A stretch of 64,000 nucleotides of DNA. Origin: Adineta vaga (lineage: Eukaryota > Animalia > Rotifera). Of this stretch, positions 25,147 to 42,490 are shown piece after piece; the stretch's first letter is position 1, and every line of letters starts with the position of its first letter. Made by a program: the position numbers and the translations under genes. Under the pieces are notes generated by a model. That model had not been told where the DNA came from. It worked only from the letters and a program-made list of their open reading frames with translations, and ran no database searches. Location of the stretch: contig CP075494.1 of the NCBI GenBank assembly GCA_021613535.1, positions 6,820,001 through 6,884,000 of the forward strand, written 5' to 3'.

Positions 25147-28100
25147 ATGTTTCGAATTTTACTTATCTTGGGTATTTTGACTCTTCAACAAGGTAAAATA
25201 AATCCGTATTAATCACTCGAAAAAATTGGATACATTCAAAAATTTTTAGGTATCAAAATCGAATATCCAACTAGTGAATATATAGAAGAACGTATTCGAA
25301 AAGATATTGATTCAATTGATACAATTTTTCGATATTATATCGTTCCAAATGAAATTCAATTTCATACCAATGCAATTAACGATGGTTTACCTTACTTTCT
25401 ACGATGCAAAGGATCGACAAAAGTAATTAACTTTACCGTACCATACTCAGCAACTAAAGTAAGTCGTTCATCTTTTCGATTGGTTCTGTTGAAAGTATAA
25501 CCATTTAGTATTTATCACTTGATCACGATCATAATACTCATACAGTTACTGCAAAATTACGACGAAATCAATTAACATCTGATTTAGTTGGACGTTATGT
25601 ATGTGCGGAATTAATCAAAGATAAAAAACATGAAACAATCGTTCATGTATTTATTCAAGGTATATATTCGATCTATTTAAAGTTTAAAATAAATGTTTGA
25701 ATTTAGATGGACGTTCTGTCTTTACACAAAAACTATATCCATCAATATTTAAACAAACGGGTATTCATTTTTTTAATATACCATGTCAAGGTACGAATTG
25801 GTATGCACGAATGTCATGTCCAATATCATTAAATTCCAAACAATGCAAATTACGTCAATGTAGTGAGAGAGAACGACAAACGAATGAATTGAAATGTAAT
25901 ATACCTGTATGTGATGGTCAAGATCTATGTATACCAGTTTATTACAAACCAACGAATTTAAAACCTGAGGTTGATTTCTTTCGATACAAATGAAAATCTA
26001 TGTTCTATTGAAATTATTTACTTTAGAAAGTATTCTTTGATCCACAGATTGGTTTTGCACTAGAAAATCCGAGTATTCCAAATACATTAAATCAATTTTT
26101 TTGTATGAGTAATTATACACCAAATCAAGAATCTAAAGTTCCTTATGATTCATCGGATCGTATGTTATTTCAATCGATGAGAATGATGAATATATGATTT
26201 ATATTTTCTAGCGGAATTTATACAAATTCATCAACCAAGTTTAACAATTATGCGTGATGAAACTATAAGATTAAGTTGTGAAATTCAATATGGATCGAAA
26301 ATTGATCGAAAAACACCTATACTTTTCTGGTTTGAAGATATCCATAATGTAATAGAATCATTTTATTAACAAAAAAACAATACGAATATAATCTTAATTG
26401 TCTTCGTTTAGTTAAATTTAATATCAAATCAAACGGATAAACCAGATTTTAATCTTAAAGATCAAGTTTTTAGTCGAAATAGTTCAATAACATTACGTGG
26501 CTTTAAACCGAATAAAGTTTATCGCTTTTATTGCGTACGCGTATCAGAACAAGGTCTCTATTCACGTTCGGTTGATATCAATTGTGTTGACGGTATGATC
26601 AATGAAAATTCAATCAATAAAATAATTTCTTTTCTTTCTTTAGCACCATCACTTGATCTCGAAGTAAATCCAAGTGGATCGGAATTGAATGAAAAGATAG
26701 CCTATGGATCCGATGTTGTTTATGATATAAGTATATTCACTATTCCACGTTCTGAAATTATTCTTGAATTATCACGAAATGGTATTTCATTGGGAAATGA
26801 TAAACGTTTTGAATTAGTACCAATGTATGTTTGAAAAATTATGAAATAGAACTTTGTAGATTATATATTTGACTTTTAGAACGAATCAAGAAAATCAATT
26901 CTTTGAATATTCATTAACAATTTATAATATTACATTTGAAGATGAGAAAGATTTGAAAATTACTGCGAAATCATCAACATTAGAAAAGACTGTAGTTATC
27001 AAACCAAATATTATCGGTATAAAAATCATTTCTAAATTTTTAGTTTGTTTTTCATTTGTCCGTTTGATGTAGGTGATCCGGTTGGTCAATTATCCTTTAC
27101 ACCTGAAGGAAATACTCAATCTATTCCATGGCGTCATGAAAATCATAAGAATAAAGTAAATATATATGCTCATGGTATTTTCGAACGAGAATCGTATCGA
27201 ATTATGTGTACAATCCGTCATCGTGCCGATATTAAACAACCATTGAAAGTTTCTATTCGTTATTCTCAATGTCCGATTGATGTCTGTTTAACAAATCTTA
27301 TTGATAAAACTTGTCAATCGTTGTCAAATGAACAATTAATCAGTACAACAACAAATCGTATAAATGATTATCAAACACAATTTGTTAGCAGTTCATCTCA
27401 TACTCTCAATGATCCATCGACTGGTCATCAATATTTATGTTGTTATGAACAGAATGGTTTGATTAGTATTGCAAAAGGAATAACCATTCTATCACACAAT
27501 CGTCAAATGTTTAGTATTGATAAACCAGAATTTAGTTTAGTTACAGGTGATGTTTTAACTTATCGTTGTGAAGGTCATGATTTAGTTTATGATGATTTAA
27601 AAATGATTTATAATGATAATTCAGTTATTTATGAAAGAAATCGTTTTGATCAAGCATGGCGTATTAAAAATACGAATCAAGAGAAACAAATTGATATCGA
27701 TTGGAATGTACCAATTAAGTAAGAAATTTGATCTTGTTGTTATGTTGTTTTTCATTGACATTATTTTCTATGATTTTAGTGAACGTATTCATAGTACAGT
27801 GATTGAAGTAAAAACACCAACATTGAGAGTTATTGGTCCTAATGGATATTTTCAATGTATTGGTATATCAAAACGACCAGATGTTATTCCGAATATGAAT
27901 GATACTTATATGATCCATGTTGACGGTAGGATCAACTAAGTTTTTGTTGTTTTATTTAGCAAATTGTTGTTGTAATTATTTGTAGCTCCTGTACCATTGC
28001 AATTTAAAAATAATGGACCGATAGTCTCTCGATTAAATCGAAAATCGGGAGATAATGTGGTATTTGATTGTGAATTTAATGGCCGACCAAAACCGAAATT

Positions 28101-30451
28101 AGTTTGGCTGAAAGGAAAATTACCATTGAAAAATGATGATTCAACATTACAATTTAGTGAAAATAATGGAAGGTAAATAGAGATCATTATTGGAAAATGA
28201 ATACAATTCATTTGTATTTTCATTCTAGTATATCAATAACTCGTGTTCAGCCATTAGATGCTGGTTACTACACATGTCAATTAAACAATGGCCGTGATCC
28301 ACCACTTCAACGAAGTTTTGATTTAAGAGTTAAAGGTAAGATGAAAACTTTCCGAATAATTCCTATATCCTTAATTCTATCGTATAGGTGCAAATCCATA
28401 TTCGAAATTTGGTCGTTTAGTTGCTATGTTTGTCTTTATATCTGCCATCCTTCTTCTTCTAATGATTATTTTATTGATAATCTTTGTGATTAAATACATT
28501 CGAATGAAACGTCGTGTTCATGAAAGTATTTTTCATGCATTAAATGACACTCCTTTACCTGAAAATTTTGCTTCGAACCCTCAAATTCGTGCACTACTTA
28601 GTTATGTTAATGGTGATAGTTTACCGGCAGACAAAGATGATTTCAAAGAATTAGGTCATGGTCAATTTGGTGTTGTCTATCAAGTTCGTTTGCCCGAAGT
28701 TGGTCTTGTTGCTGCAAAGACTCTTCCTGAAACCATACGAAGAACGGAACGTCGTCGTGATGATCGAAAAAAAAGCCATGATATTGAAGAAAGTGAAGAA
28801 ATGTTATCTCAACGTGAAATTCGAAAGAAAAAAGCAGCAGAAATGTTAATTGAAGAAATCAAAGTGATGCACAAAGCGGGTAAACATGTAAATATTGTTG
28901 CCCTGAAAAAAGTTGCATATCCAGAAACTAAACTTAAATTTGTATTCGTTGGTGGTTTTATGCGAGATGAAGATTCATTTTATCTCATGGAACTCTGTTC
29001 GAATGGATCATTAGAATCCATGTTGAAATATTTTAGTCAATCACCATCGCATTCGACAGAAAACAACAGGTTATCATTGTATCAAACACTTTCAAAACAA
29101 AATGATACAGAAATGACGTTAGCTCAAGCATATGAACAATGTAAATTAACAGATGATGATTTGAAATTGATTGCGTATCAAGTTGCTTGCGGAGTTGATT
29201 ATTTAAATCGAAGACAAATAGCTCATTGTGATATTGCATCAAGAAATGTGTTAGTCACATCGAGATTTATGATGAAAATCTGTGATTTTGGGTAAGAGAA
29301 AGTGTCGATTTTTTTATTCAAGAAAATATTTTCAACACGAAATTCATTCATTTAGTTTGGCGACATGGACAACATATAAGAATTATCGTGAACAATTAGC
29401 AGAACATGAAAGTGTACAACTTGAAAAGAAAAATGTATGTGTATTTCACGAATCGGTTATACAGTGCATGCGATTTTCTTTTTCTTGACTAGAATGAAAT
29501 AGCTACACACAATTTAACACCAGAGCTTGCGAAAACTTTCCTCCGTGCATCAAATGCAGAAGATCGATTATTATTGAATAAATCCTCTATTAAATCTGAT
29601 GTGTAAGTTCATTGATTTCTTTGAATTTTTATATGAATCTTATTCTTAGCTGGTCATTCGGAATCTTTCTGTGGACATTATTTCTTAAATGTAAGTGTCG
29701 TCATTGATATCAATTCGTTGTAAACTCTAGTTATGTGTTTAGGTCGAGTTCGTCCATTTGAGCAGTTAGTACATGAAATCGCAAAACAACCTGGCGGTGA
29801 AAGTTTCTTTCATCAACTTGCTCTAGTGATTAGTGAAGGTCGTGTTCTTAAATATATTAATTACCAATCAGAAATTCCTCGCGATATGTAAGAGAGAAGT
29901 TTCATTTACTTGACGCCAGAGATATAATTTTTTTTTTATAGTTATGCAATTATTCGTGAATGTCTTGTTGAAGAAAATCGCCGTCCAGAAATGACACGTA
30001 TTCGTGCTCTTCTATGTCATTCGAAAATGTTATCACAAAAAGCTTTCGAAGTAAATTTTCTATCGCTAGAATTCAGCACTAATTTCATTCTCTGTAGTAT
30101 TATCGATCAGAATATAATCGTTATCAAGAAGAAAATGCATCGGATGAAAATGTTGAACGTTTTGGTGAAGTTCAAGGTGTTGACGTACTTCCATCATTTG
30201 AGGGAGATCATACAACTGATACTTCTTCTCGTTCCGATGATGTTACATACCGTCCAACAACAACAACAACATCTGATCTATATTATCCACATGATTCTTA
30301 TTTAGCACCTACTGGTGATACTAACTCAGGAAGAACAACAACTACTGATTCAAGTTCTCCACAAGTTCAAATAAAAAAACCAGCACCATTGAGACCAGCA
30401 CCACCACGACCAGCTCCAAAACCAAATGATCGTGATGATAGTTATCTATGA
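25147..30451 (+). CDS. Ig-domain receptor tyrosine kinase (PVR/VEGFR-like architecture) with atypical kinase motifs
   Basis: Signal peptide MFRILLILGILTLQQ; several Ig domains (e.g. VVFDCEFNGRPKPKLVW...DAGYYTC); single TM; LGHGQFGVVY, VAAK, HVNIV, HCDIASRN, KICDFG, KSDVWSFG; Tyr-containing tail. Confidence 0.9.
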
Positions 30452-31142
30452 CATATTCATTTGTTTATAACTTTTTTGCTTTCTAATCTGTGCAGTTAGT
30501 TTATACTAATAATTTTGTTTAATTTTTCATTTATTTAATCAGGGTTTCTTTTCTTAGAACATTATTCTGTGATGTTGTTTAACACTTTTCCGATCAAAAT
30601 ATTTTTCTCTATGATAATCAATTCGTTTTGTAGTTTAATAAAATATTATAACACAAACTATTCAAGAATTACACTTCATAAAAATTGAATGAATTAAAAG
30701 GAATCGATTTCATTCAGTCAACTGTATTTGTGTTTTTATGTATATAGATATAATAAAATTTGTTTAAAATATAGAAGAAGAAAAAAAAACAAAGATACAA
30801 CAGCAAAAGCTGACATACTGTTTTTGATGATTTTGAACAAGAAAAGAAAAGATTTTTTTTCAATTGAAAGAAGAGAAGAAAATCAAATTGCGTAAAATCA
30901 AACTACGATAGAAGAGAAAAACGTTTACATCTGTATATATATATATAAGTGTGTGTGTGTATAATTTCCTTAAGAAATTCAGAGACGAGAAAGAAGAAAC
31001 AAAGCGCAATGATGTGTAAGTGACTAGGGTCAACTAATTTGTTAGAAGAAGAAGATATTTTAATATACACACTATCTGTTATCTGCAATAATCATTCTGA
31101 AATCATTGCAGTGATTGAGAAAGAAAGGAGATTTTCTTTGTA

Positions 31143-33780
31143 TTATACATCTGCTCTTGATGATAAATTTCGTGATGTTATATATGGTGTTAATCGAGGA
31201 AAGTTTGGTGATGTTGTTGGAATATAAGTTGATGATAGAGAAGTAATCGGAATAGATATTGATTCTTCTAGAAATAAAAGTAAAGATACATTATTTTTCA
31301 TTATCGTGTAAAATTACCCGTTTGATTTGTCGGAATATGAATATCACATTCTAGAGTGAGACAAAGAAATGAAAAATGATATTGAAAAACAAAGATTTTC
31401 TACCATCAAAGACTGCAATTGGAGCATTATTAGTTGGATCTATATCTATATTGATTGCTTCATTTAATTGAATATTTGTTCGAATTGAATTAAAACCTGG
31501 TTTAACACCATCACTATTCACGGGATCACGTGGAATTAATTGTGGGACCATATCATTTAATGTTTTATCTATTTTCATAAGAAAATACATAAATATAAGT
31601 TATATACTATTTGAGAAATCTACTTACAACTCATCAAAACAGGTTCCTTCAATTTCGAATGATGTCTTCTTCGTCTTGTCTAAAAATAAATATGATACAT
31701 TCAAATCGAAGAAAATTTTCTTGCTTTTAATACTTTAACATGTCGAACAAGCATAAAACAACAGTAAGCAGGTAGTCCAATTCCAGCACAAACAGCACCG
31801 GCTACCACGGCCAAACATAGAATAACAGGTGCAGCTAAAATTTTTCCACAAAGTATTGAACCTCGTATAAGTCGTCTTTTCAATGGTCGATCAGGATAAA
31901 ATCTATATTTGCAACCGAGAACACTCAATTCACTGTAATGATCGCCTAAAATGAAATGATGTCATTCACAGATCAATGTATCTCATAAGTAAAACTTTAC
32001 CAATAAATTTAATATCTCGAAAACGACTACCACATTTATAACAAAATTCAGTTTTACAACGCAGACAAATGATATGATCACATCCTTTCGTTCGTTGAAT
32101 GTATACCTAAACGAAAAGGAAAAATCTCATTAGTAATGTCAAAAATTAGATATATAATGTCGATTTTTACTTTGCAAGAAGGACATTGTTGAGCATTTTG
32201 TTGTCCATAATGAACTTCTCGTGCCCATTTTTTTAACATTCGATCACCACGACGAAATTCTTTACATTGTATACCATCATGCCATGGTGAATGACATTGA
32301 AAGCACCAAATTAAATTACATTCAACACATTGAACTTTTGTCGGTGCACGACGCATTGAACGAAATACTTCAAGATCTGTCAAAAGAAGAGTTTTAGTTT
32401 GTTCGAATAATGAAATATGTATTTACCTATTTCATGAATATTTGAACATCGTGGACATGTTTTTATATTAATCAAACGATTAGCATCAACGAGAAATTTC
32501 GTCAATTTCTGTCGTAATTCTGGTGATATACATCGTTTATTAATTTCATCTCGATGCATATAAATATGACATTCTTGATTTGGACATTGTATTCGAATGA
32601 TACCTTGTTTAACTTGTTGTTCAACGTAAATATTTAAACATGTCGAACAAGCGTAAAAATTACAACAAGATCGTTTTTGAAGACGTTTCATTTCGCAACA
32701 AATCGCACATTCAATTAATGTTTCTGATGATGTTATAGGATGATTTAGTATTGTAGTTGTTGGATTACTGTCACTGTTTTCTTCATCACTACTATGATCA
32801 AGTTCCGAGGAAATCGAATCATTATCATCATCATCACCATCATTGTCTTCATTTTCTTCTTCAGAATCTTCACTAGATTTGATCATATCAGCTAAAAATC
32901 GTCTGTTTAATGCACTATGATGAGAAATGACTGATGCTGATGATGACGTCGATGATAATGGACGAGTATGATAAAATGGTACACTGTTTTTACGAAGATT
33001 GTTATTAGTCGTTGGAACTGTGGTTGTTTGTTCAGCAAGTGCTGAAAGAGCAGTGCCAGTTGCATCACTTGCTTTACCTGTCAATGGTTGATGATGTGAA
33101 CGACGCGTCGAACGAATATTTGTTGGTGGTTTTATTAATGGATAGTTCATATATCGTTCGAGAACCTGTCGTTGCGCAGGTGTTAATGGTAAATTCGCAC
33201 GAACATTCGGATGACGACTGCCACGCTCGGAATGCCATCGACGTTGATTTCCTGTTGGTTTGATATTTGTTTTTGAATTATTATTAAAATTTGTCGTAGT
33301 AGTTGTTGTTGTTGTTGTTTGTGATGGTGTTGGTAATGTTTTTAAATTATTCCGTAATAAACTATCAAGAATAGCTGTTGAACCGAGAAGAATTTTTCGA
33401 TTTAGTGATTGTGTTTTGGTATCATTTGGTTCGTGACTGCAGCAATTACAACAATTATTAGGAGTTTTATCTCCATCAGCTAATAATGTTTCGGCAACAT
33501 GTTCAAGTTGTGTTGTATAATTCTTTTGTAAGACAACAAATGAACATGAATGATTTAAATGATTTTTATGACAGAAATCATCGACATTCGGTGTTGATGA
33601 TGAACAACAACAACCATCATGTATATTATTATTAACAATATCTTTTGTTAAATTTAATGAATGATTATCATCATTGAAGAGATCCAAATTAAATAATGAA
33701 CAATGTTGCCATTGCTTGATATCATGATGATCGGCAACAGATGGTGAAACAGCATTGTCATGTCCTATGCTGTTAGCCAT
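31143..33780 (-). CDS. RNF217: RBR E3 ubiquitin ligase, RNF217-like
   Basis: RING1 CAICCE..CPNQEC; IBR KTCPRC..WCFQCHSPWH; RING2 CPSCK..GCDHIICLRCKTEFCYKC; RNF217-like SVLGCKYRFYPDRPLKRRLIRG followed by a TM segment. Confidence 0.85.
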
Positions 33781-34703
33781 CTAAAATCAATTTAAAAAAA
33801 AACAATGATAAACTAGAAAACTTTTATGTAAAATCTCATTCATTATGCAACAAACTGGAAGAAAACAAAATACTAACATTGATCATCATGATCATCGGGT
33901 ATGTGTTTTTTTAGTTTCGATAAAGATCATTTGATAGATCTTTGAACCAATCAGAAATGAGTAAACTTGCCGACATAAGATAAGTACTCACAATAGAGGA
34001 ATTGATAGAGTAACTCTATGCATATAGCACGAGAATAGAAAAAATGCTTATGAAAACGACTCATATTCATAATACTCCTGTTCAATTTCTCATATCGATT
34101 GTATATTACTACGACGATATAATTGCAAGTGAAAGTATAAGACTTTATCGTGATTTATGAGAAGATTGCAAAAAATCCTTCAGAGATAAGCGATTGTGTT
34201 ATTAAGTTATATTCAAGATCATCATTGTATATGACGATAAGTATATGTAGGGAGTGGCGAGTTTGAACCTACCGTATTTTTGGTTGACATTATTGAAATT
34301 AAACAATATTCACTTGTTGATTTTCTCGATTATGTTTATTTTTGTTTTTATAAAAAAGAGAGTTAGAAAGACAAAGGTAAAAGTCACGTAGTCTAGAAAA
34401 ATAAACATTCATAAAAGATAAAACATATACAAATAATTCACCATTTTCTCTTTTACAAATATTCTTTTGCACAACTATCAACGACAAAAGACAATGCGAG
34501 TAATTATAAAACAGTGGAAACAAACACTGTGTGTATTACTTCGTAGAAATAGAAAAATAGTTAACGAATGAATAGTCATCCTAAACAAAGTTAGTCTCTT
34601 GTATATTTAATACACTAATTAAAATTATATAAAAGCTCGAATGGAAGTTATTCAGATCAAGATTATATATGAAACAATTATTTTTGATTGTGAAATATTT
34701 GAT

Positions 34704-37841
<3,138 letters not shown>

Positions 37842-37973
37842 AAAGATGCTTAAAAATCAATCACAAAATGTAAAGAATGTCACTTTGAAACACCGGATTC
37901 AGCTTGTTTTTTTGAAATCAAATACAAATCTGTTTGAATATTGAAGTTCATTCTATTTCTGCATGAAACTCAT

Positions 37974-38524
37974 GAGGAAGGTTCACCAACTTGCAAATCC
38001 CTTTCGAGTTCAAACATAGTTAGTCATAGGCAATCGACCATGCTGAATCCGAATATCATGGTCGTTACGGCTAATGCTATGCCGGAGAACCAACATTTTC
38101 TCAAATGTTGTTTTCATTTGCCTCACGTTATAGAGCACATCGAACTGTCTGTGAATCAATATGTTTTTCTTTCTTGCAAGAGTGGTTTTCACGAAACCAA
38201 AAGGAACTTTTGTGTTTTTATATGAAAATGCTATGGTATGCATCCCTCATATGAATTTAATTAACTATCTGTCTTAGAAAAAATCGATATGAAATAAAAA
38301 CAATTATTGTTTTGTAGACATTTCGGTATGCTCTATAATCTCAGCTTATAAAAAACAACATTCGAAATTTTTTGTGGCGTTCTAGAAGTCCTGTTTTCAG
38401 AGAAGCGATTCTCTGACATAGCATTAGCCGTAACGACCATGATATTCGGATTCAGCATGTTCAATTGCCTATGACCAACTATGCTTACACCCGCAAGAGA
38501 TTTTCAAGTTGATGAACCTTCCTC
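37974..38524. mobile_element. Non-autonomous DNA transposon (MITE) with ~130-bp terminal inverted repeats
   Basis: Left end gaggaaggttcaccaacttg and right end caagttgatgaaccttcctc; perfect 43-bp inverted match 38039-38081 vs 38417-38459; no transposase; no clean TSD visible. Confidence 0.9.
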
Positions 38525-38829
38525 GTCAGACATTATTATCTCAACAATGAATGAAATCTTAATCTAAAACAGACGCTATTGAATAATATAATGTATATAT
38601 ATATATATAAGATTATTGATTGATTAGTTGTCTGCTTTTTTAAATATATAAATATTCATTTTATCAGTTAACATACAAAACAAAGAGAAAAAAACAAACA
38701 AAATATTAACATGCGAATATTTGTGAGAGAAAAGGAACGTTTCTATACACACTGTGCTTTTTCTGTTGTTATTTTTTGTTTAAGAGAATAGAAATGCTAA
38801 AAAAGGAAAACTAAATATCACGAATGCAT

Positions 38830-41800
38830 CTATTGAAAGACGAATTTAATATATGGAAATTTTTCTTGTAAAATTTTTCGTTCAATTAAATTGGATACAA
38901 TATCACCCGTTATTGATAATTCTCGTAAATTGACATGTTTTGTTAGGAACTTGTCGATACTATTTAATGAGCATTGTTTACAATTATCTAATGATAAACG
39001 TTGCAATTTCATCAAAGGTTTTTCTGACCATTTTAATAAACAATTATCATTAAAATTATTTATTGAATTGAAATTTACAATTTCTAATTGTGGACATTGT
39101 TCATTCAAGTTTGCTAAGACATCTGTACTTAAATTTGTACAATTATTTAAACTAATCATTCGAAAATTGGTGGTTAAATGATGTAAAGTTTGATCAGTTA
39201 TATTCATACAATCATCAAATATTAAGGTATGTAAATATTTACAATGATCAAATACAATTGTAAGATCATTATCTGTAATTGTTAAGAGATGATCAAAATT
39301 GATATATTCAAGTTTAGACCAATAATGAAAACAAGTGGAATTCGAATTGGTTGAAAGATTTTTAAAACCAATACAACGACTGATATTTAAATGAACTAGA
39401 GTTGGAATACAAATAGCGATTGTATCAAGACTAATCCAAGTTATATTAGTACATGCATGAAGAATTAATTTTTTCAAATGAAATTCAGTTTCTGTACGAA
39501 TGAATATATTAATTAGAAGTGTATCATCTAATGTTTGACAACCGGTTAGATCTAAGGTTTGTAAATGAATAAATTGTGGATAATTAATTAGATGATTTAA
39601 TGTCGATTCAGTTATATGATTCCAACGAAGATTGAGTGAAAGAAGATTCGAACATGTTTGAACGATCAATGGCAGAAATGTATTCGGTGTGAAAGGTTCG
39701 TGATAGAATCCACTCATGGTAAATTCGAAAAGATTCGAACCAATTGTTTGGAAAAATTCATTCCATTTGATTCGATTTGCACTGAAATATATTATAATTT
39801 CGATTTATAGAAAAAGTATTGGAGAAATTTACTGACTCAGATTCAATTGATTGTAGAGTATTTTCTGAATTTTGTTGTCGACCTTCGATAAATGTCAATG
39901 AAATTGGTTTACGTCGAGCAATTACATCAAACCAAAGTTGGTCTAATTGCATTCGACGAGTAAAAATAATTTTATGTTGACATGCTTGATCTTGTGCAAG
40001 TAAATAGAATCGTTTACAAACGTAGGAAAAATTATGTAATTCATTCGTTGTTAAATATGGTAAAATTTTAAACCAAAGTTCTGTTGGCAATTTAAACCAC
40101 GGTGAAAGACGATTATGTGCAAGTATACCATGTTGCAGAATACTTGTTTTTGGTGTTTCCGTTTCAGTTACTAGAGGTGAAGAAGAAACTTCCATCATTG
40201 TGGAGGGAATTCTTGGTGATGATAAAGGTGAATCTTCAGAATGATGATGTAGAACAGAGAATTCTTCATCTAATGCTTCGAAATTCAATAATTCCATATT
40301 TGCTGGTGGTGGAACAGAATTATTATCATTAATTCGGTCATTTTCATGATTTGTCGACATTGATCGTTGTTGTTGTTTCAATGAATGTGCTCTTTGTAAT
40401 AATTCGATTTCATTCGCCAATTCTTTAGCATAAATTATCGGTACTAATTGTGATTCACTAATATCACTATTTGTTTCTAATTCATCTAATTCAAGTAATG
40501 GAACATTATCCATGCGTGTTCGTTGTTCTTTCAATGGTACATAAGAAAAACTTTCATTGCCTTCATCGATTGCATCACTTGTATGAGTCATATCACCTGT
40601 CGGAAATAAATCATCCGTAATAGTTACATTTTCATCATGAAATCCAGATAATCCATGGAGTGTATCAAATGTTTGTTCATGCGCATTCATATCGATATGA
40701 AATGAACGATTTAGACTATTATTATTCTCATCAGAAGATAAATGTGACGTATTTCCATTCGTTGGATGAGTAGGTACAATTGGAGCTAAACGAGCAAATT
40801 TTGATACGAATAATAATGTTGTATCTTCCGTAGGATTTGATGATGATGAAGTTCTTAGTAATGCAACAGATGGTTGTTCACGAACTAAAACAAAACATAT
40901 GAAAGTGTGAAATAATAGAAAATGTGTTTTACCTTGCTTTTCATTGTTAATAGGAACAGTTTCATGTGTTTGTTCAGAATTGAAAAATTGATCGAGTAAC
41001 ACGGATGCTGATGATGAGTTTTGAAGACGATCTTCCGTTGTTGTTGTTGTTGGTTGCTGTATGTTTTTCTGGTTCATGATGATGTGAATGATGAAAATGA
41101 TGTACAACTTTTGCTGTATGTACAGATGTCTGTTGATCATTTGTATGAATTTTTGGTAATGATCGTGGTGGGACACGTTTTGAATTCAATCGACTTGTAT
41201 GACGTGTTGTCGATGAAGTTTCACGTGTTGGTGAATGATTTGATGATTTATGTGTTGTTGGATAGGCAGCAGCACGTAATTCGCGTGATAATTCTGCAAT
41301 AGAATTATCTTCTTGTTCAGTTGCAAGTTTTAATGGTTCGATAGGTTGATATACTGTACGATTGTGTAAAGGTGGTGCAGATGATATGTAATGAGAAGTT
41401 AATATCGTTGATGAATGTGATGGTGGTGGTACAGGAACTGATGGTATTGGACTATCTGATGAAAATGGACGTCGAGTACCATCATTATTGTATTGTTGTA
41501 AGATATGTTGATGATAAGCTAATTGTTGTGTACGATTATGATCTGTGAAAGAAAGACGTCGCTGACGATGATCACTCGAATTATTTACTGTTAATGCTGC
41601 TGTTGTGTGTTGTTGTTGTTGTTGTTGTCGGTAGCAACGGATTTAATTGAGCAAGTGGAGCACGACCTTGTAATTGTGCTGGTAAACGTGTTGGTCGAGA
41701 ACTAGTTCGATTTTTAAGAATATTATAACCCGATGACAATTCTACTCGGCGAGAAAATTTATGTATATCAGGCGTTGTTTGAGTAAAATAGGATTCATTT

Positions 41801-42033
41801 GTAGATGGAATTGGTGTAATTATCGAACGATTAACATCATAAATACTCATCGGTGGTTCAGGTGTTGCTTCTTTATCTGGTAATGTATGATCAAAATTTT
41901 CTCGTTCATTTGTTGTTAAAGCACCACCAATATGTAACGAATCTCGAAGACGATTTGAAAAGAATTTGCCCATCGATGTTGTTGATGGTTCAAATTGTCG
42001 ATTAAGACCAAGACGTTGTCGATAATCATTCAT
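38830..42033 (-). CDS. F-box/leucine-rich-repeat protein with long disordered N-terminus
   Basis: F-box KLPTELWFKILPYL..VCKRFY; many cysteine-containing LRRs (LxxLxLxxCxxIT). Confidence 0.88.
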
Positions 42034-42490
42034 CTAGAAATGTTTGAAGGAAAATTAATTATTTTCTAATTTATATTCTAAAAGAAATTAAATGGCGAAA
42101 CAAAAAAATATTGACTTGAGTTTTTGAAGGACGTAGACATACTTGAATGAAGAAAAAAAAGAAGGGAGAATGAAATAGTTTCATTTTTTTATTCTTATGA
42201 AGAAACAGAAGAGAAGAGAAGAGGAAAAAGTCAATGTACACGTTCACTCGACAACGGAATGGTGGCAGAAGAAGAAAAAATATATATACACTACTAAGAT
42301 CATCAGGGATATCTACAGGTTAAATGTTTGAACCAATTGGAAGTGAAATTGAGAAAGAGATTTTTTATTGGTCTAAAAAGCAAAGTTTATGCTTGTTCTG
42401 TGTGTGTCTGTTTGTCAAAGTTGGCATTTTTTTCGACATAAAGAAAAAAACGAATCAATCGAATGTTCAGTTTTATAATCTAAATAAATC

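Noticed and set aside
34245-34290. B-box-like GGTTCAAAC on the minus strand suggesting a tRNA or SINE
   Set aside because: T-stem does not pair, and no A-box or cloverleaf is evident
37941-38243. ORFs inside the MITE as possible transposase
   Set aside because: Short, run through the TIR, and have no DDE or HTH features
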